Shown here: positions 20,378 to 29,964 of the stretch, piece after piece
How positions within the stretch are numbered: position 1 is the stretch's first letter
Layout: every line of letters starts with the position of its first letter
Assembly: GCA_046598345.1 (NCBI GenBank)
Contig: JBKJIT010000004.1
Location: 2,499-66,498 of the forward strand
Direction of reading: 5' to 3'
From: Minisyncoccia bacterium
Lineage (GTDB): Bacteria; Patescibacteriota; Minisyncoccia; Phycocordibacterales; UBA918
Length of the DNA stretch: 64,000 nucleotides
Made by a program: the position numbers and the translations under genes
Notes under the pieces: generated by a model
Database searches by the model: none
Told to the model about the DNA's origin: nothing
What the model saw: the letters and a program-made list of their open reading frames with translations, nothing else

Positions 20378-20776
20378 ATGAAAAATATTTTAAAAAGTAT
20401 TGGGGCGGTTATTGCGGGATTTGTTACTGTTGCAGCCTTATCTATTCTCACCGACCGTGTCCTTGAAACTACGGGTGTACTTCCTCCACCTACCACTCCC
20501 GAAGCGTACGTGACGTGGATGCTCGTACTCGCGTTCTTGTATCGGAGCGCCTACACCGTTTTGGGTGGATACGTAGTGGCGAAGCTTGCTCCACAGAATC
20601 CCATGAAGCACGTGATCGCGCTCATGGTCGTGGGTGGCATAAGCGGCGTACTTGGTGCAGTTGCCGCATGGAGTTTCGGTCATCACTGGTACCCAGTATT
20701 ACTCGCGATCACAGGTCCATTCCTCGTACTTTTTGGAGGTAAACAATACCTGAAGCGATCTCACCTGAACGAGTAG
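20378..20776 (+). CDS. hypothetical membrane protein (4 TM)
   Basis: hydrophobicity pattern. Confidence 0.45.
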   Translation: MKNILKSIGAVIAGFVTVAALSILTDRVLETTGVLPPPTTPEAYVTWMLVLAFLYRSAYTVLGGYVVAKLAPQNPMKHVIALMVVGGISGVLGAVAAWSFGHHWYPVLLAITGPFLVLFGGKQYLKRSHLNE

Positions 20777-20780
20777 CAGC

Positions 20781-21146
20781 ATGATTCGTAAAAAGTTTGG
20801 AAAAGAAGTAGTGACCTTTAGCGACAAGGTCGTCGCGCTCGCGCTCTCTATTCCGAAGGGGAGAGTGACGACGTATGGGCACCTCGCTCGCGCGGCGGGT
20901 GGTGGCAATCAGGCTTCAAGAAGCGTGACTGGTATTTTAGGCAAAGCGTACGACGCGGGAGAAAAGAATATTCCATTTCATCGCATCGTGTATGCGGACG
21001 GCCGCGTATGGATGAATGACGAATATCGTAATAAACGCCTCAAGCTCTACAAACAAGAAAAGATCGAAGTCGACGAACGCGGCCGTATTACAGATTTTGA
21101 AGAGAAGCTTTTTTATGATTTTAAAGGTAGTTTACGTGCCAAGTAG
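20781..21146 (+). CDS. alkyltransferase-like (MGMT DNA-binding domain) protein lacking the acceptor cysteine
   Basis: TYGHLARAAGGGNQASRSVTGIL..IPFHRIVYADGRV aligns to MGMT PCHRV with Cys→Phe. Confidence 0.6.
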   Translation: MIRKKFGKEVVTFSDKVVALALSIPKGRVTTYGHLARAAGGGNQASRSVTGILGKAYDAGEKNIPFHRIVYADGRVWMNDEYRNKRLKLYKQEKIEVDERGRITDFEEKLFYDFKGSLRAK

Positions 21147-21209
21147 AATGTTGACATTCGAAGTATTGAGAATATAGTCACTGGGGCTAAAACACTTTAG
21201 GAGAAATTC

Positions 21210-21644
21210 GTGGACCAAGTTGACCCACATATTCCAGAGATTTTCGACGCAGAAATGCGTGAAGTTGTACGGAGAATCAAACCGGTGGCAAGTTTCACCA
21301 CTCTGCCATTGGGGAAATATCCTCAGGATGACATCAGTACATACTGGCTCAAATTGCCCAGGAGCTTGCGGAATGATAATTTCCTGCAACAGTCTCGGAA
21401 GTTATTTGGCAGGGTGCGTTTGGTGCAAGCAGCGGAAATCTGTACGTTACACACACCGGGTCAGGGAGAGAAGGAATTCCATCCCACCATCGCAGAGGTG
21501 CTTGCACAGATTCCTGCCAAGTACCTGAACCCCTACGAACCCACCGTGCCGAGAATCGTGGCGTTTACAACAGTTCTTTACGATAAAGTGCCTCGTTTTC
21601 AGGGTTCATTTCATATTGCGCGGACGATTCTCCTGAGTCGCTGA
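21210..21644 (+). CDS. hypothetical protein
   Basis: ORF only. Confidence 0.35.
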   Translation: MDQVDPHIPEIFDAEMREVVRRIKPVASFTTLPLGKYPQDDISTYWLKLPRSLRNDNFLQQSRKLFGRVRLVQAAEICTLHTPGQGEKEFHPTIAEVLAQIPAKYLNPYEPTVPRIVAFTTVLYDKVPRFQGSFHIARTILLSR

Positions 21645-21793
21645 TCGCGCATATATTTTTCGTTCAAGACGAATCCTCTGATGCTCTTTCAACCCTGCCT
21701 GCGGCAGGGTTTTCCTTTTGCCCCCTTCATTTGTGCTTCTTGGGAATTAGAGTAGAATGCCTCCACTTATTTTATAAATAGCCCGAAAACACT

Positions 21794-22738
21794 ATGGAAC
21801 ACACTATACGTAATTGGAGCCTGATTTTGGGCATTTTGTCAGTTGTGGCGCTGATTCTCGTTTCCTTCCTCATTGTTAATCCACGGAGCGCAGAGGCGGC
21901 AAGCTGTGGCTTTTATCGTGATTTGCACGTAGGAATGATCGGAGAAGATGTTCGCTGTCTTCAGCAGTACCTCTACACTGATTTTCTCAGCCCGATGGGA
22001 TACACAATCGAGCAAACGGGAAGCTATGGCGGACAGACTGCGCAGGCGGTCATGATGTGGCAGCAGCAAAATGGTATTTATCCTTCAACAGGAACCTTTG
22101 GTCCACTCTCGCGAGCTCGCTACCAAGCAACTTCACTCATGAGTACTGGAGTGAGCTATGGCGGGACTACACAGTACATTGTTCAGTCTGAAGATGAAGA
22201 CGAGGACGATGATGACGATAACGATCGAGATCGAAATCGAAATGCAGAAGATTCCATAGAGGACGCTTTTGATGAAATTCTTGAGGCACTCAACGAAATT
22301 GGCCTCCGCCGCACAAATGCAAACCATGCGCTTGCAAGTCAGGAACTCCGTAACGCTCTCGACGATCTTTCTGATGCGGTGTCTGAATACTTTGATGGAG
22401 ATGAAGACGAAGCTGAAGATCGAGCAGACGATGCGAAGGATAACGCTGAAGACGCGATCGCTGCAGCTGGAGGAAATATCAGCAACAATAATAATGACAA
22501 CGACGAGGTTGAAGATGATCTCGACGATGCGTGGGACGAGTGGAATGACGCATGGGATGAAGTTGAAGATGCTGACGATGATGGAGACGATACCGACGAC
22601 GCTGAAGACCTTCTCGACGACGCTGAAGAATTGCTTCAGGATGCAGAAGACGAACTCGATGACGACGATGAAGATGAGGCCGAAGATTTGATCGAAGATG
22701 CACTCGATCTTATCGATGAAGCTCTGGATGAAATATAA
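21794..22738 (+). CDS. membrane-anchored peptidoglycan-binding-domain protein with about 170-aa poly-acidic (D/E) tail
   Basis: N-terminal TM; PG_binding_1-like CLQQYLY..QTAQAVMMWQQQNGI; C-terminus about 45% Asp/Glu. Confidence 0.6.
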   Translation: MEHTIRNWSLILGILSVVALILVSFLIVNPRSAEAASCGFYRDLHVGMIGEDVRCLQQYLYTDFLSPMGYTIEQTGSYGGQTAQAVMMWQQQNGIYPSTGTFGPLSRARYQATSLMSTGVSYGGTTQYIVQSEDEDEDDDDDNDRDRNRNAEDSIEDAFDEILEALNEIGLRRTNANHALASQELRNALDDLSDAVSEYFDGDEDEAEDRADDAKDNAEDAIAAAGGNISNNNNDNDEVEDDLDDAWDEWNDAWDEVEDADDDGDDTDDAEDLLDDAEELLQDAEDELDDDDEDEAEDLIEDALDLIDEALDEI

Positions 22739-22846
22739 TTAGCGAAGTACACAAAACAGCGGCCCGCATGGCCGCCGTTTATGTGTAATTGACTTTACCT
22801 CCGACAGTTGTATAGTTTCGGGGGTCTTTGAGGAAAGGGAAAGTAC

Positions 22847-23251
22847 ATGAGTCGATCACAGGGTATCAGCAGCTTGAGGGACATATTCGAACATCGTCGG
22901 AGAGCAGAAAGGGAGATGGAGGCAAGGCTTCGCAATCTCCGCAAGCGCGAAGAAGAACTCTGTCGTGACCTCCTTGAGTGGGTTGAGGCTGAGATAGAGC
23001 ATGAAGGTCTTCTTCGCTTTCTCAGAGAAAAACAGGTGCTGAAGAAGGCTCTCGAATCTGAAGCAAAGTCGCATGAGGTGATGTTTGACTATCTCAAGTA
23101 TGATTTCGAAACCGGCTTTAAAGGTGCGAACGCGAGACTCGCTCATCTCAAGCAGATCTGGGAAGGGGAAGTCACTGTATCTTACGGTCCACCGCGGTCA
23201 GGATCAGTACTTATTCCGATCACGTTCAGTATTCCCGAACAAAAACAATAA
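22847..23251 (+). CDS. hypothetical protein (coiled-coil-like)
   Basis: ORF only. Confidence 0.35.
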   Translation: MSRSQGISSLRDIFEHRRRAEREMEARLRNLRKREEELCRDLLEWVEAEIEHEGLLRFLREKQVLKKALESEAKSHEVMFDYLKYDFETGFKGANARLAHLKQIWEGEVTVSYGPPRSGSVLIPITFSIPEQKQ

Positions 23252-23298
23252 CGTACTCCAGGCCCTCCTCGTGGGGGGCTTTTCAATTTCTTCCTGAG

Positions 23299-23754
23299 CT
23301 ACGACTCTGTTATGTTAAGAAATTTAGCAAGAATGTGTTTCAGGCCGCGGCGCGAAATAATACCAATAGGATGATCTTCGTTGTCCACAATCGGAATGTG
23401 TTGTGTGCCGTTCGCAATTGCGGTGCTGGCAATCGCAATCAGGGAATCGTCGACATGAATTGGTTGAATATCGACACTCATAAAATCGCTCACTAATTTG
23501 TCTCCCGCATTGCGTACCGCTTCACCAAAATCTTTCTCGGTTGCAAATTTTTCAAAGATATCATCACCATTCATGGTGTCGGGAATAACACCACTTAACA
23601 AATCAGCCATGGTAATTTCTCCTGAAAGCACACCTTCCTCGTCGACGACAAGTAGGGAATTCGTTTGCTTTCGAACCATCAGAGAAACAGCATCGTGGAA
23701 TGTTGCATCTTCGCTAACGACGATGGCTTCTTTTGTGAGGTCACGTATCTTCAT
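23299..23754 (-). CDS. CBS-domain pair protein
   Basis: two CBS-like segments (..VDEEGVLSGEITMADLL.. / ..IPIVDNEDHPIGIISRRGL..). Confidence 0.7.
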   Translation of the reverse strand: MKIRDLTKEAIVVSEDATFHDAVSLMVRKQTNSLLVVDEEGVLSGEITMADLLSGVIPDTMNGDDIFEKFATEKDFGEAVRNAGDKLVSDFMSVDIQPIHVDDSLIAIASTAIANGTQHIPIVDNEDHPIGIISRRGLKHILAKFLNITES

Positions 23755-23843
23755 ACGGCTTTACTATTATTGATATTCTCTTACGATGCGGTAGAGAAGA
23801 TGAAGAACTGATTAAGATTTCGAAAGTTTTAAAAGAGTTGAAC

Positions 23844-23885
23844 CACATATATCATAACGAACATATGTTCGTTATGATATATGTG
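23844..23885. promoter_or_regulatory. perfect 42-bp palindrome cacatatatcataacgaacat|atgttcgttatgatatatgtg upstream of CBS gene
   Basis: exact reverse-complement symmetry read directly. Confidence 0.5.
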
Positions 23886-23932
23886 CGTATATTGAGAGTG
23901 GATGCAGTGCCTTGATTAAGTTGTATTGAAAA

Positions 23933-23959
23933 AAGCCGCGACGAACCGTGGCTTTTTTT
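23933..23959. terminator. intrinsic terminator (agccgcg..cgtggct) flanked by A5/T7
   Basis: stem with one G·U. Confidence 0.55.
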
Positions 23960-23978
23960 GTGGGACGAGCGGAGCAGC

Positions 23979-24365
23979 TTATTTATCAGCTCTCGCACGA
24001 ACCCATGAAGTGTGCGCCCGACGTAATTGCCGAAAGTGGTACAGAGGTTCCTTCAAGTCATCGTATATGACTACACCTGCACAGATTAGTACTCCTGCGA
24101 CGGCAAATAAACTCAAACTCATGAACATATACGCCAATCCGACCGGCACATCCATTAAGCGAAGTGCGAACGACAAGACGAACATGCACATACTGATCAC
24201 GAGGGCGCCAAGTATCGCCCAGTTCTTTTTTGCCGCATGTCGCACCCCGTTCAAAAGCACACGGTCGGCTGAGTTGAGGTGAAACTTAACGGGTGTGTGG
24301 AAACTGATCTTCATTTTATTCTCCTCTGGAGGTTTGTGAATGTGCTGCTGGAAAAAATATACCAC
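23979..24365 (-). CDS. hypothetical membrane protein
   Basis: 3 TM segments. Confidence 0.45.
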   Translation of the reverse strand: MVYFFQQHIHKPPEENKMKISFHTPVKFHLNSADRVLLNGVRHAAKKNWAILGALVISMCMFVLSFALRLMDVPVGLAYMFMSLSLFAVAGVLICAGVVIYDDLKEPLYHFRQLRRAHTSWVRARADK

Positions 24366-24370
24366 AAATT

Positions 24371-27300
24371 ATGATTTATTCAAGTGTAGGGACGCTACAT
24401 GGTATACTCGGAAACATGAATACTGAGGCGTTTCAAACGGCCTATAATAGGCTCAATTTAGCCCAAAAACAGGCCGTAGACACGATTGAGGGCCCAGTTA
24501 TGGTCATTGCAGGTCCGGGGACTGGAAAGACGCAGATTTTGACCCTTCGGATCGCTAATATCCTCAGACTTACCGATACCCAGCCGGAGAATATTTTAGC
24601 CCTGACTTTTACGGAATCAGGCGCAAGGGCTATGCGCGAGCGCCTCGCAATGTACATCGGGGCGCCCGCCTACCGTGTGCGGATTCATACATTCCATGAG
24701 TTTGCGGGCGAATGTATTCGTACATATCCCGACGCGTACGAGCGTGCGGTAGGCGGGCGCCCGATCACCGATCTTGAAAAAATCACCCTCATCGAAACCA
24801 TTCTTGAAACTCCTGCTATCAAACTCTTGCGCCCCTCTGGCAATCCACAATTTTATGTGAATCCAATCATGCATGCATTGTCGCTCATGAAACGTGAGTA
24901 CATAACCCCAGACCGTTTTGTGGAAATCATTAGAGCGCAGGAAGAGCTTTTGAATCAGACTCCAAAGCTCCACGAGAAAGGCGCACATATTGGAAAAGTC
25001 CGTGGAGAATACATTGAGCGTGAAAAAACAGTCCTCAAAAATCGTGAGCTACTTTTTATCTACAAAGCCTACGAAGCTGCCCTCGAAGATAACAAATATT
25101 TTGACTTCGACGACATGATCTTTGAAACGGTGCATGCGATGGAGACCAAGGAAGATATGCTGCGCAGCCTTCAGGAAACGTACCAATACATTTTGGCCGA
25201 TGAGCATCAGGATGTAAACGGTTCACAAAACAAAATGCTCGAGTTACTTGCGTCGTATCACGATCGACCAAATTTGTTTGTGGTAGGAGATGAGAAGCAG
25301 TCTATTTTTAGATTTCAAGGAGCGTCACTCGAAAACTTTGTGTTCTTTGAAGAAAAATTCCCGCACACAAAAACTATTAGTCTCACTGAAAACTATCGTT
25401 CACTTCAATCAATTCTTGATCTTGCTCATGAGCTTATTTTGGTAAACGCGGGTGCCGCACTTCTGCTCCGGGTACCGCTTACGGCAACGAAAAAGGGCAC
25501 CCCAGTTATTACACGTTCGACTCTGAGTCATGAAGCTGTCGAACATGATATGCTCGTCACACAAGTAGCTTCGCTTCTTACAGAAAAGGTCCCGCCAGAA
25601 GAAATTGCCATCATTGTTCGAACGAATAAAGAAGTTGAAGAACTTGCAGGGCATCTGCGGAGGCAAGGAATTTCTGCAGAAGCGTCTGCAGACGGAGATA
25701 TTCTTTCGCACCCCATTACCGAGAGTGTACGAACACTTATTTCTATAATTATTGATCCACAAAATGAGGCGGCACTTTTCATGGTGCTTCAGAGTGCGTA
25801 TGTAGGACTCTCACTCTCGGATCTTGTGAAGATTACTAAAAGCCAGTCGTACGCGCATCGCCTTGCGGCAATTATTCAGGATCACGAGTTTCTTGCAGGA
25901 ATCAATGTTGAAGGAATTGCTCAGGTAGAGCGATTGGGAAACATGATTCAAGGAGCGCGCGAACGGATGCAGGCGGAAGCACCACACAGGGTATTGGAGT
26001 ACATTCTTAAAGAGAGTGGTTTTTTTGATTTCGTGCTTGGCGCCTATCCGTATGAAGGCGCGCGCGTGCTTCGGAGGCTATACGACGAGGTTGAGGAACT
26101 TGTGAGACACGGCGAAGCAACGAATCTTTCGAGCATTGAAGCAATGTTTAAAACGAGAATGCTCCACACGCTACCTATTACCGCTCCCTACATTCATGCG
26201 AGCCGTCATGCAGTACAGGTAATGACGGCGCACAAGGCGAAGGGTCTCGAGTTCGAGCATGTGTTTATTCCGCACCTAACTGACGGGAAATGGGGCGGTA
26301 GGAGACACATGGAATATTTTACGATTCCAATTACTGCACATACTGACGAAGCGAAGATGGGTCATGAGGATGATGAACGAAAGCTTCTCTATGTTGCGCT
26401 TACGCGTGCAAAAAGTGGTCTCCATTTGAGTAGTTCAGAGACTAATAGTGAAGGGCGTTCATTTCTGCCCACAAGACTTCTGGAGCATGTTGGAGAAAGC
26501 AGCATTGTTGAAGAAGATGTTTCCTCGTATGAGGAAGGGTTTGATCCCATGGCCGGAATGCTTCCCCATGAACAACCACTTGACCTGGATTCAGATCTTC
26601 TCAAGGAAACACTCCGCGTACGCGGCATCTCTGCAACGGCACTTAACAATTACTTAAAAAGTCCGTGGAATTATTTTTACAGAAATGTGCTCCGCCTCCC
26701 GGAAGTGCAACCTGAAAGTGCCCAGTTTGGAACCGCACTCCATGATTCGCTAAGAAGTGTAATGAAGCATCGGCGTGAAGAGGGAAGTCTACCGAGCCCA
26801 ACACAGTGCAAAACATATCTCGAACGCGAGCTGGGGAAAATGCCCCTCACGGAAAATGAGTACACACGACTTCACGAACGAGCGTTCCTTGCACTCACCG
26901 CGTACATAGCGTATATAACACCAACACTTCCTCATGAAACTAAGGAAGAATATAAACTCACTGCGCTCCTTCAAACGGGAGATCCAGAATTCCCAGAAAT
27001 ATTACTTACGGGACAGCTCGATCGGCTCGACTTTGATACTGACGGAAAGCTCGTCTGTGTCGTCGATTACAAATCGGGGAAGGCGAGGACACGTGGCTAC
27101 ATTGAGGGAACAACCAAGGATTCAAATGGTGACTACAAACGACAGCTTACTTTTTACGCCCTCCTTCTCTCGCTTCAGGAAGATACTAGGCTTCATTCAA
27201 AAGAAGGGCTACTTTCGTTTGTCGAAGCAGACGAGAAAGGAAAAATACACGAAGAAGCGTACACGATAACTGATGCTGAAATCGAAGAACTCAAGAAGGA

Positions 27301-27415
27301 AATTATTCGCGTGGCTCTTGAAATAGTACACGGCGCGTTTTTAAACGCGCCGTGTGACCCTGCTGCTTCTGACTATTGCCACCTCGTGAGTGAACTCAGG
27401 AAATCCCGCGATTGA
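24371..27415 (+). CDS. UvrD/PcrA-type SF1 helicase fused to C-terminal RecB-family PD-(D/E)XK nuclease (AddA/AdnB-like); probable start MNTEAF at 24419
   Basis: Walker A AGPGTGKTQ, DEHQD, VGDEKQSIFRFQGA, YRS, VALTRAK; nuclease motifs GQLDRLDF, VVDYKSGK, RQLTFYALL. Confidence 0.85.
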   Translation: MIYSSVGTLHGILGNMNTEAFQTAYNRLNLAQKQAVDTIEGPVMVIAGPGTGKTQILTLRIANILRLTDTQPENILALTFTESGARAMRERLAMYIGAPAYRVRIHTFHEFAGECIRTYPDAYERAVGGRPITDLEKITLIETILETPAIKLLRPSGNPQFYVNPIMHALSLMKREYITPDRFVEIIRAQEELLNQTPKLHEKGAHIGKVRGEYIEREKTVLKNRELLFIYKAYEAALEDNKYFDFDDMIFETVHAMETKEDMLRSLQETYQYILADEHQDVNGSQNKMLELLASYHDRPNLFVVGDEKQSIFRFQGASLENFVFFEEKFPHTKTISLTENYRSLQSILDLAHELILVNAGAALLLRVPLTATKKGTPVITRSTLSHEAVEHDMLVTQVASLLTEKVPPEEIAIIVRTNKEVEELAGHLRRQGISAEASADGDILSHPITESVRTLISIIIDPQNEAALFMVLQSAYVGLSLSDLVKITKSQSYAHRLAAIIQDHEFLAGINVEGIAQVERLGNMIQGARERMQAEAPHRVLEYILKESGFFDFVLGAYPYEGARVLRRLYDEVEELVRHGEATNLSSIEAMFKTRMLHTLPITAPYIHASRHAVQVMTAHKAKGLEFEHVFIPHLTDGKWGGRRHMEYFTIPITAHTDEAKMGHEDDERKLLYVALTRAKSGLHLSSSETNSEGRSFLPTRLLEHVGESSIVEEDVSSYEEGFDPMAGMLPHEQPLDLDSDLLKETLRVRGISATALNNYLKSPWNYFYRNVLRLPEVQPESAQFGTALHDSLRSVMKHRREEGSLPSPTQCKTYLERELGKMPLTENEYTRLHERAFLALTAYIAYITPTLPHETKEEYKLTALLQTGDPEFPEILLTGQLDRLDFDTDGKLVCVVDYKSGKARTRGYIEGTTKDSNGDYKRQLTFYALLLSLQEDTRLHSKEGLLSFVEADEKGKIHEEAYTITDAEIEELKKEIIRVALEIVHGAFLNAPCDPAASDYCHLVSELRKSRD

Positions 27416-27585
27416 GATTTGAAGAAAACAAAATTGACATAGTTAAAACATGTAATAATCTCCAATTGGAGCACCGATATGCATCACACGGTATTAACGG
27501 AAGTGGAAATGCTCTACCAGATCAACTGCCTCCGAATCAATGCACTCGGGGAAGTGTTGGCCAGGTAATCAGACCTTCATGTTCA

Positions 27586-27614
27586 AAAACCCGCGACTCT
27601 GTCGCGGGTTTTTT
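27586..27614. terminator. bidirectional intrinsic terminator (cccgcgac-tct-gtcgcggg + T6)
   Basis: read directly. Confidence 0.7.
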
Positions 27615-27647
27615 GTATCTGCTTGGATGAGAGGCGTTATTTCCAAT

Positions 27648-28436
27648 TTAACTTTCGAGTTGCCTCAGCATTGTCTCTACCATTTGTTTAACTGTCTCGT
27701 AAGGCTGTGCACCATTAATGATGCCTTGCTGGTCTCCAACAATGAGGAGTGAGTATGGGGTCCCTTGTGCACCAGCCTTTTGAGCCGCAATTACTGCTTG
27801 TCCTACTGTCTCAGCATGCTTTCCGCTGTTGTAGCAGAGTTCAAACTGATTCTTGTCGACGCCTGCAGCAACTGCAAATTCTGACATACGGGTTATATCC
27901 GTTGGTGCAATACTTTTAAGTCCGCCGCTCTCGTTATATTCAATTGTGCGGGAGTTATAGACTGCGTCAGTAAATTTCCAGAACGCTTCATTACCTTTAA
28001 GTTCTGCAACACACTCAGATGCTTCAGAAATTTTTGGTGCGTTTGGATGGAGCTGCACAATGGGGAATTGACGATACACCCACATAACTTTTCCACCTGC
28101 ACCGTAGTCAGCCATGATCCTAGTCATTGTGTCATGAAACACTCGACAGTATGGGCAGTCAAAGTCGGAGTATTCAACAATTTGGATTGGTGCGTTCGGA
28201 TTACCGCGGATGTGATCCTTTTCAGTGATAGGCGCCACTTCAACCTCTGGAGTGACCTGCGTATCAGTGCCGCCAGGAACAATAGGAGTTGGCGTACCAG
28301 TGCTTTTTCCACTAAAGAAAATTGCAGCTGCAATAAGTGCTGCAGCTATAACAATTGCAATTGGGATTCCTAGATTATTTCCTCTTGGCGCGGCGTACTG
28401 TGTTTGTGGCCCTCCTTGTGATTGATCTCCTTCCAT
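27648..28436 (-). CDS. DsbA-family thiol:disulfide oxidoreductase, membrane-anchored
   Basis: thioredoxin CPYC motif (DFDCPYCRVFH); N-terminal TM. Confidence 0.8.
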   Translation of the reverse strand: MEGDQSQGGPQTQYAAPRGNNLGIPIAIVIAAALIAAAIFFSGKSTGTPTPIVPGGTDTQVTPEVEVAPITEKDHIRGNPNAPIQIVEYSDFDCPYCRVFHDTMTRIMADYGAGGKVMWVYRQFPIVQLHPNAPKISEASECVAELKGNEAFWKFTDAVYNSRTIEYNESGGLKSIAPTDITRMSEFAVAAGVDKNQFELCYNSGKHAETVGQAVIAAQKAGAQGTPYSLLIVGDQQGIINGAQPYETVKQMVETMLRQLES

Positions 28437-28535
28437 GCTGCTAGAAAAATTATGCGGGTGTGATACCCAATTATTAATTGCTTATGCATAAAAGTATACC
28501 ATAACGCTTTTTTTGCCATGGTATACTCGAATAAT

Positions 28536-29345
28536 ATGGACATATCTGCTGCGCTTATTCTTGGGCTGGTTCAAGGAATAACAGAATTTCTCCCCGTCTC
28601 TTCCACTGGGCACCTCATTCTCACGCATGCAGTCCTCGGAGTCGAAGATGCGAATGCCTTAGCGTTTGACGCAATGCTTCACCTCGCAACTGCGCTTGCA
28701 GTCATTGTGTATTATTTTGATGAGCTCTTTATACTCGCTCAGTCACTCCTTCGAAAGTGGGGAAGATTGCCAACGAATGAAAAGGATATAGTCCTCATTA
28801 AAGCCATTGCGGTTGCCACCATTCCCGCGGCGGTCCTTGGCTTTCTACTGGAGTCAACCATGGAAACGTGGTTTCGAAATCCGCTCCTCGTCGCGCTCGT
28901 CTTGGTACTGGGCTCAATATTTTTCATGTATGTGGAATATCGGTATCAAAATACGAATGCCTCACAAAACATCGATACTAAGATGGGGCTCAAAATCGGA
29001 TTCTTTCAGTCCCTGGCACTTATTCCCGGCATGTCCCGTTCTGGAGCATCGATTGCAGGAGGTATGTTTTTAGGACTCACTCGTGTGGAAGCAACCCGCT
29101 TCGCATTTCTTATTGCGGTGCCCGTGATTCTCGGTGCCGGACTTAAGAAGTCTATTCAACTTATTGCATCTGATATGCCCGTTGATTGGTTACCTATTCT
29201 AGTTGGGGCTCTTACTGCATTTACGGTTGGTCTTTTTGCTATTCATTTCATGATTTCGTTCATTCGAACGCACACCCTCTGGCCGTTTATTTGGTATAGG
29301 ATTATTCTTGCCGGTTTTGTCGTATTCGTGGTCTTTTTCGGGTAG
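28536..29345 (+). CDS. uppP: undecaprenyl-diphosphatase (UppP/BacA)
   Basis: GITEFLPVSSTGHLIL and PGMSRSGASIAGG motifs; start moved to MDISAAL (ORF track 28518). Confidence 0.9.
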   Translation: MDISAALILGLVQGITEFLPVSSTGHLILTHAVLGVEDANALAFDAMLHLATALAVIVYYFDELFILAQSLLRKWGRLPTNEKDIVLIKAIAVATIPAAVLGFLLESTMETWFRNPLLVALVLVLGSIFFMYVEYRYQNTNASQNIDTKMGLKIGFFQSLALIPGMSRSGASIAGGMFLGLTRVEATRFAFLIAVPVILGAGLKKSIQLIASDMPVDWLPILVGALTAFTVGLFAIHFMISFIRTHTLWPFIWYRIILAGFVVFVVFFG

Positions 29346-29377
29346 GTCTCTTACATTGTATTGAAGGAATAGTATTT

Positions 29378-29953
29378 TTAAAACGGAAGGGAATGGGTCA
29401 TTGAGTGCGCTTCTCCAGGAATCCAATGCTTAGTTTCAATGGGGACTTCTCTCTTCTTGTGTCCTTCTTTCACAAAGACTTTTTTGTTTGTGAGCATGTA
29501 TTCAAAAAGTTGCTTCGTAATTTCAACATCCTTTTTGCAATATTTTAAAATTGAAGCAATATCTCCTTCACGCCACCATTTGATTGCTTGGAGTCCGTTT
29601 GCACTTTTCTTTGTCCCTAAAGTAGCCTGCGCAACAAGATCGAGGCGCACTCGTTTTCCAAATGCATTTTTTATATCTTCAAGAAGATCAATGCTTTTTA
29701 TGAGGTTGAGGTCACCCGGGTAATACTTATTAAGAAGGGGAATGTCGAAATGGTTACTGTTGTACCCGACAAGTACTTCGGCACGTTCAATTACTGGCCA
29801 GAGCTTATGGAGCTCCTCATGCGTTGCAGATGTATAGCTATCGGATTCAGAATCGTACACACATCCAACGGAGATATCGAGATCTGCTGGATTAGCGGAA
29901 CCGACCTCGTTAAACGTATTTTGCGTCTCCAAGTCAAAAACAACGTATCGCAT
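29378..29953 (-). CDS. DEDD-family 3'-5' exonuclease (DnaQ/RNase-D-like)
   Basis: VVFDLETQ (Exo I), GYNSNHFDIPLL (Exo II), YCKKDVEIT (Exo III, Y-x3-D). Confidence 0.7.
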   Translation of the reverse strand: MRYVVFDLETQNTFNEVGSANPADLDISVGCVYDSESDSYTSATHEELHKLWPVIERAEVLVGYNSNHFDIPLLNKYYPGDLNLIKSIDLLEDIKNAFGKRVRLDLVAQATLGTKKSANGLQAIKWWREGDIASILKYCKKDVEITKQLFEYMLTNKKVFVKEGHKKREVPIETKHWIPGEAHSMTHSLPF

Positions 29954-29964
29954 ACTACACAAAA

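Noticed and set aside
22269-22703. Alternate-frame ORFs (140 aa and 74 aa) inside the poly-acidic region
   Set aside because: They are low-complexity GA-rich shadows of the D/E-coding frame.
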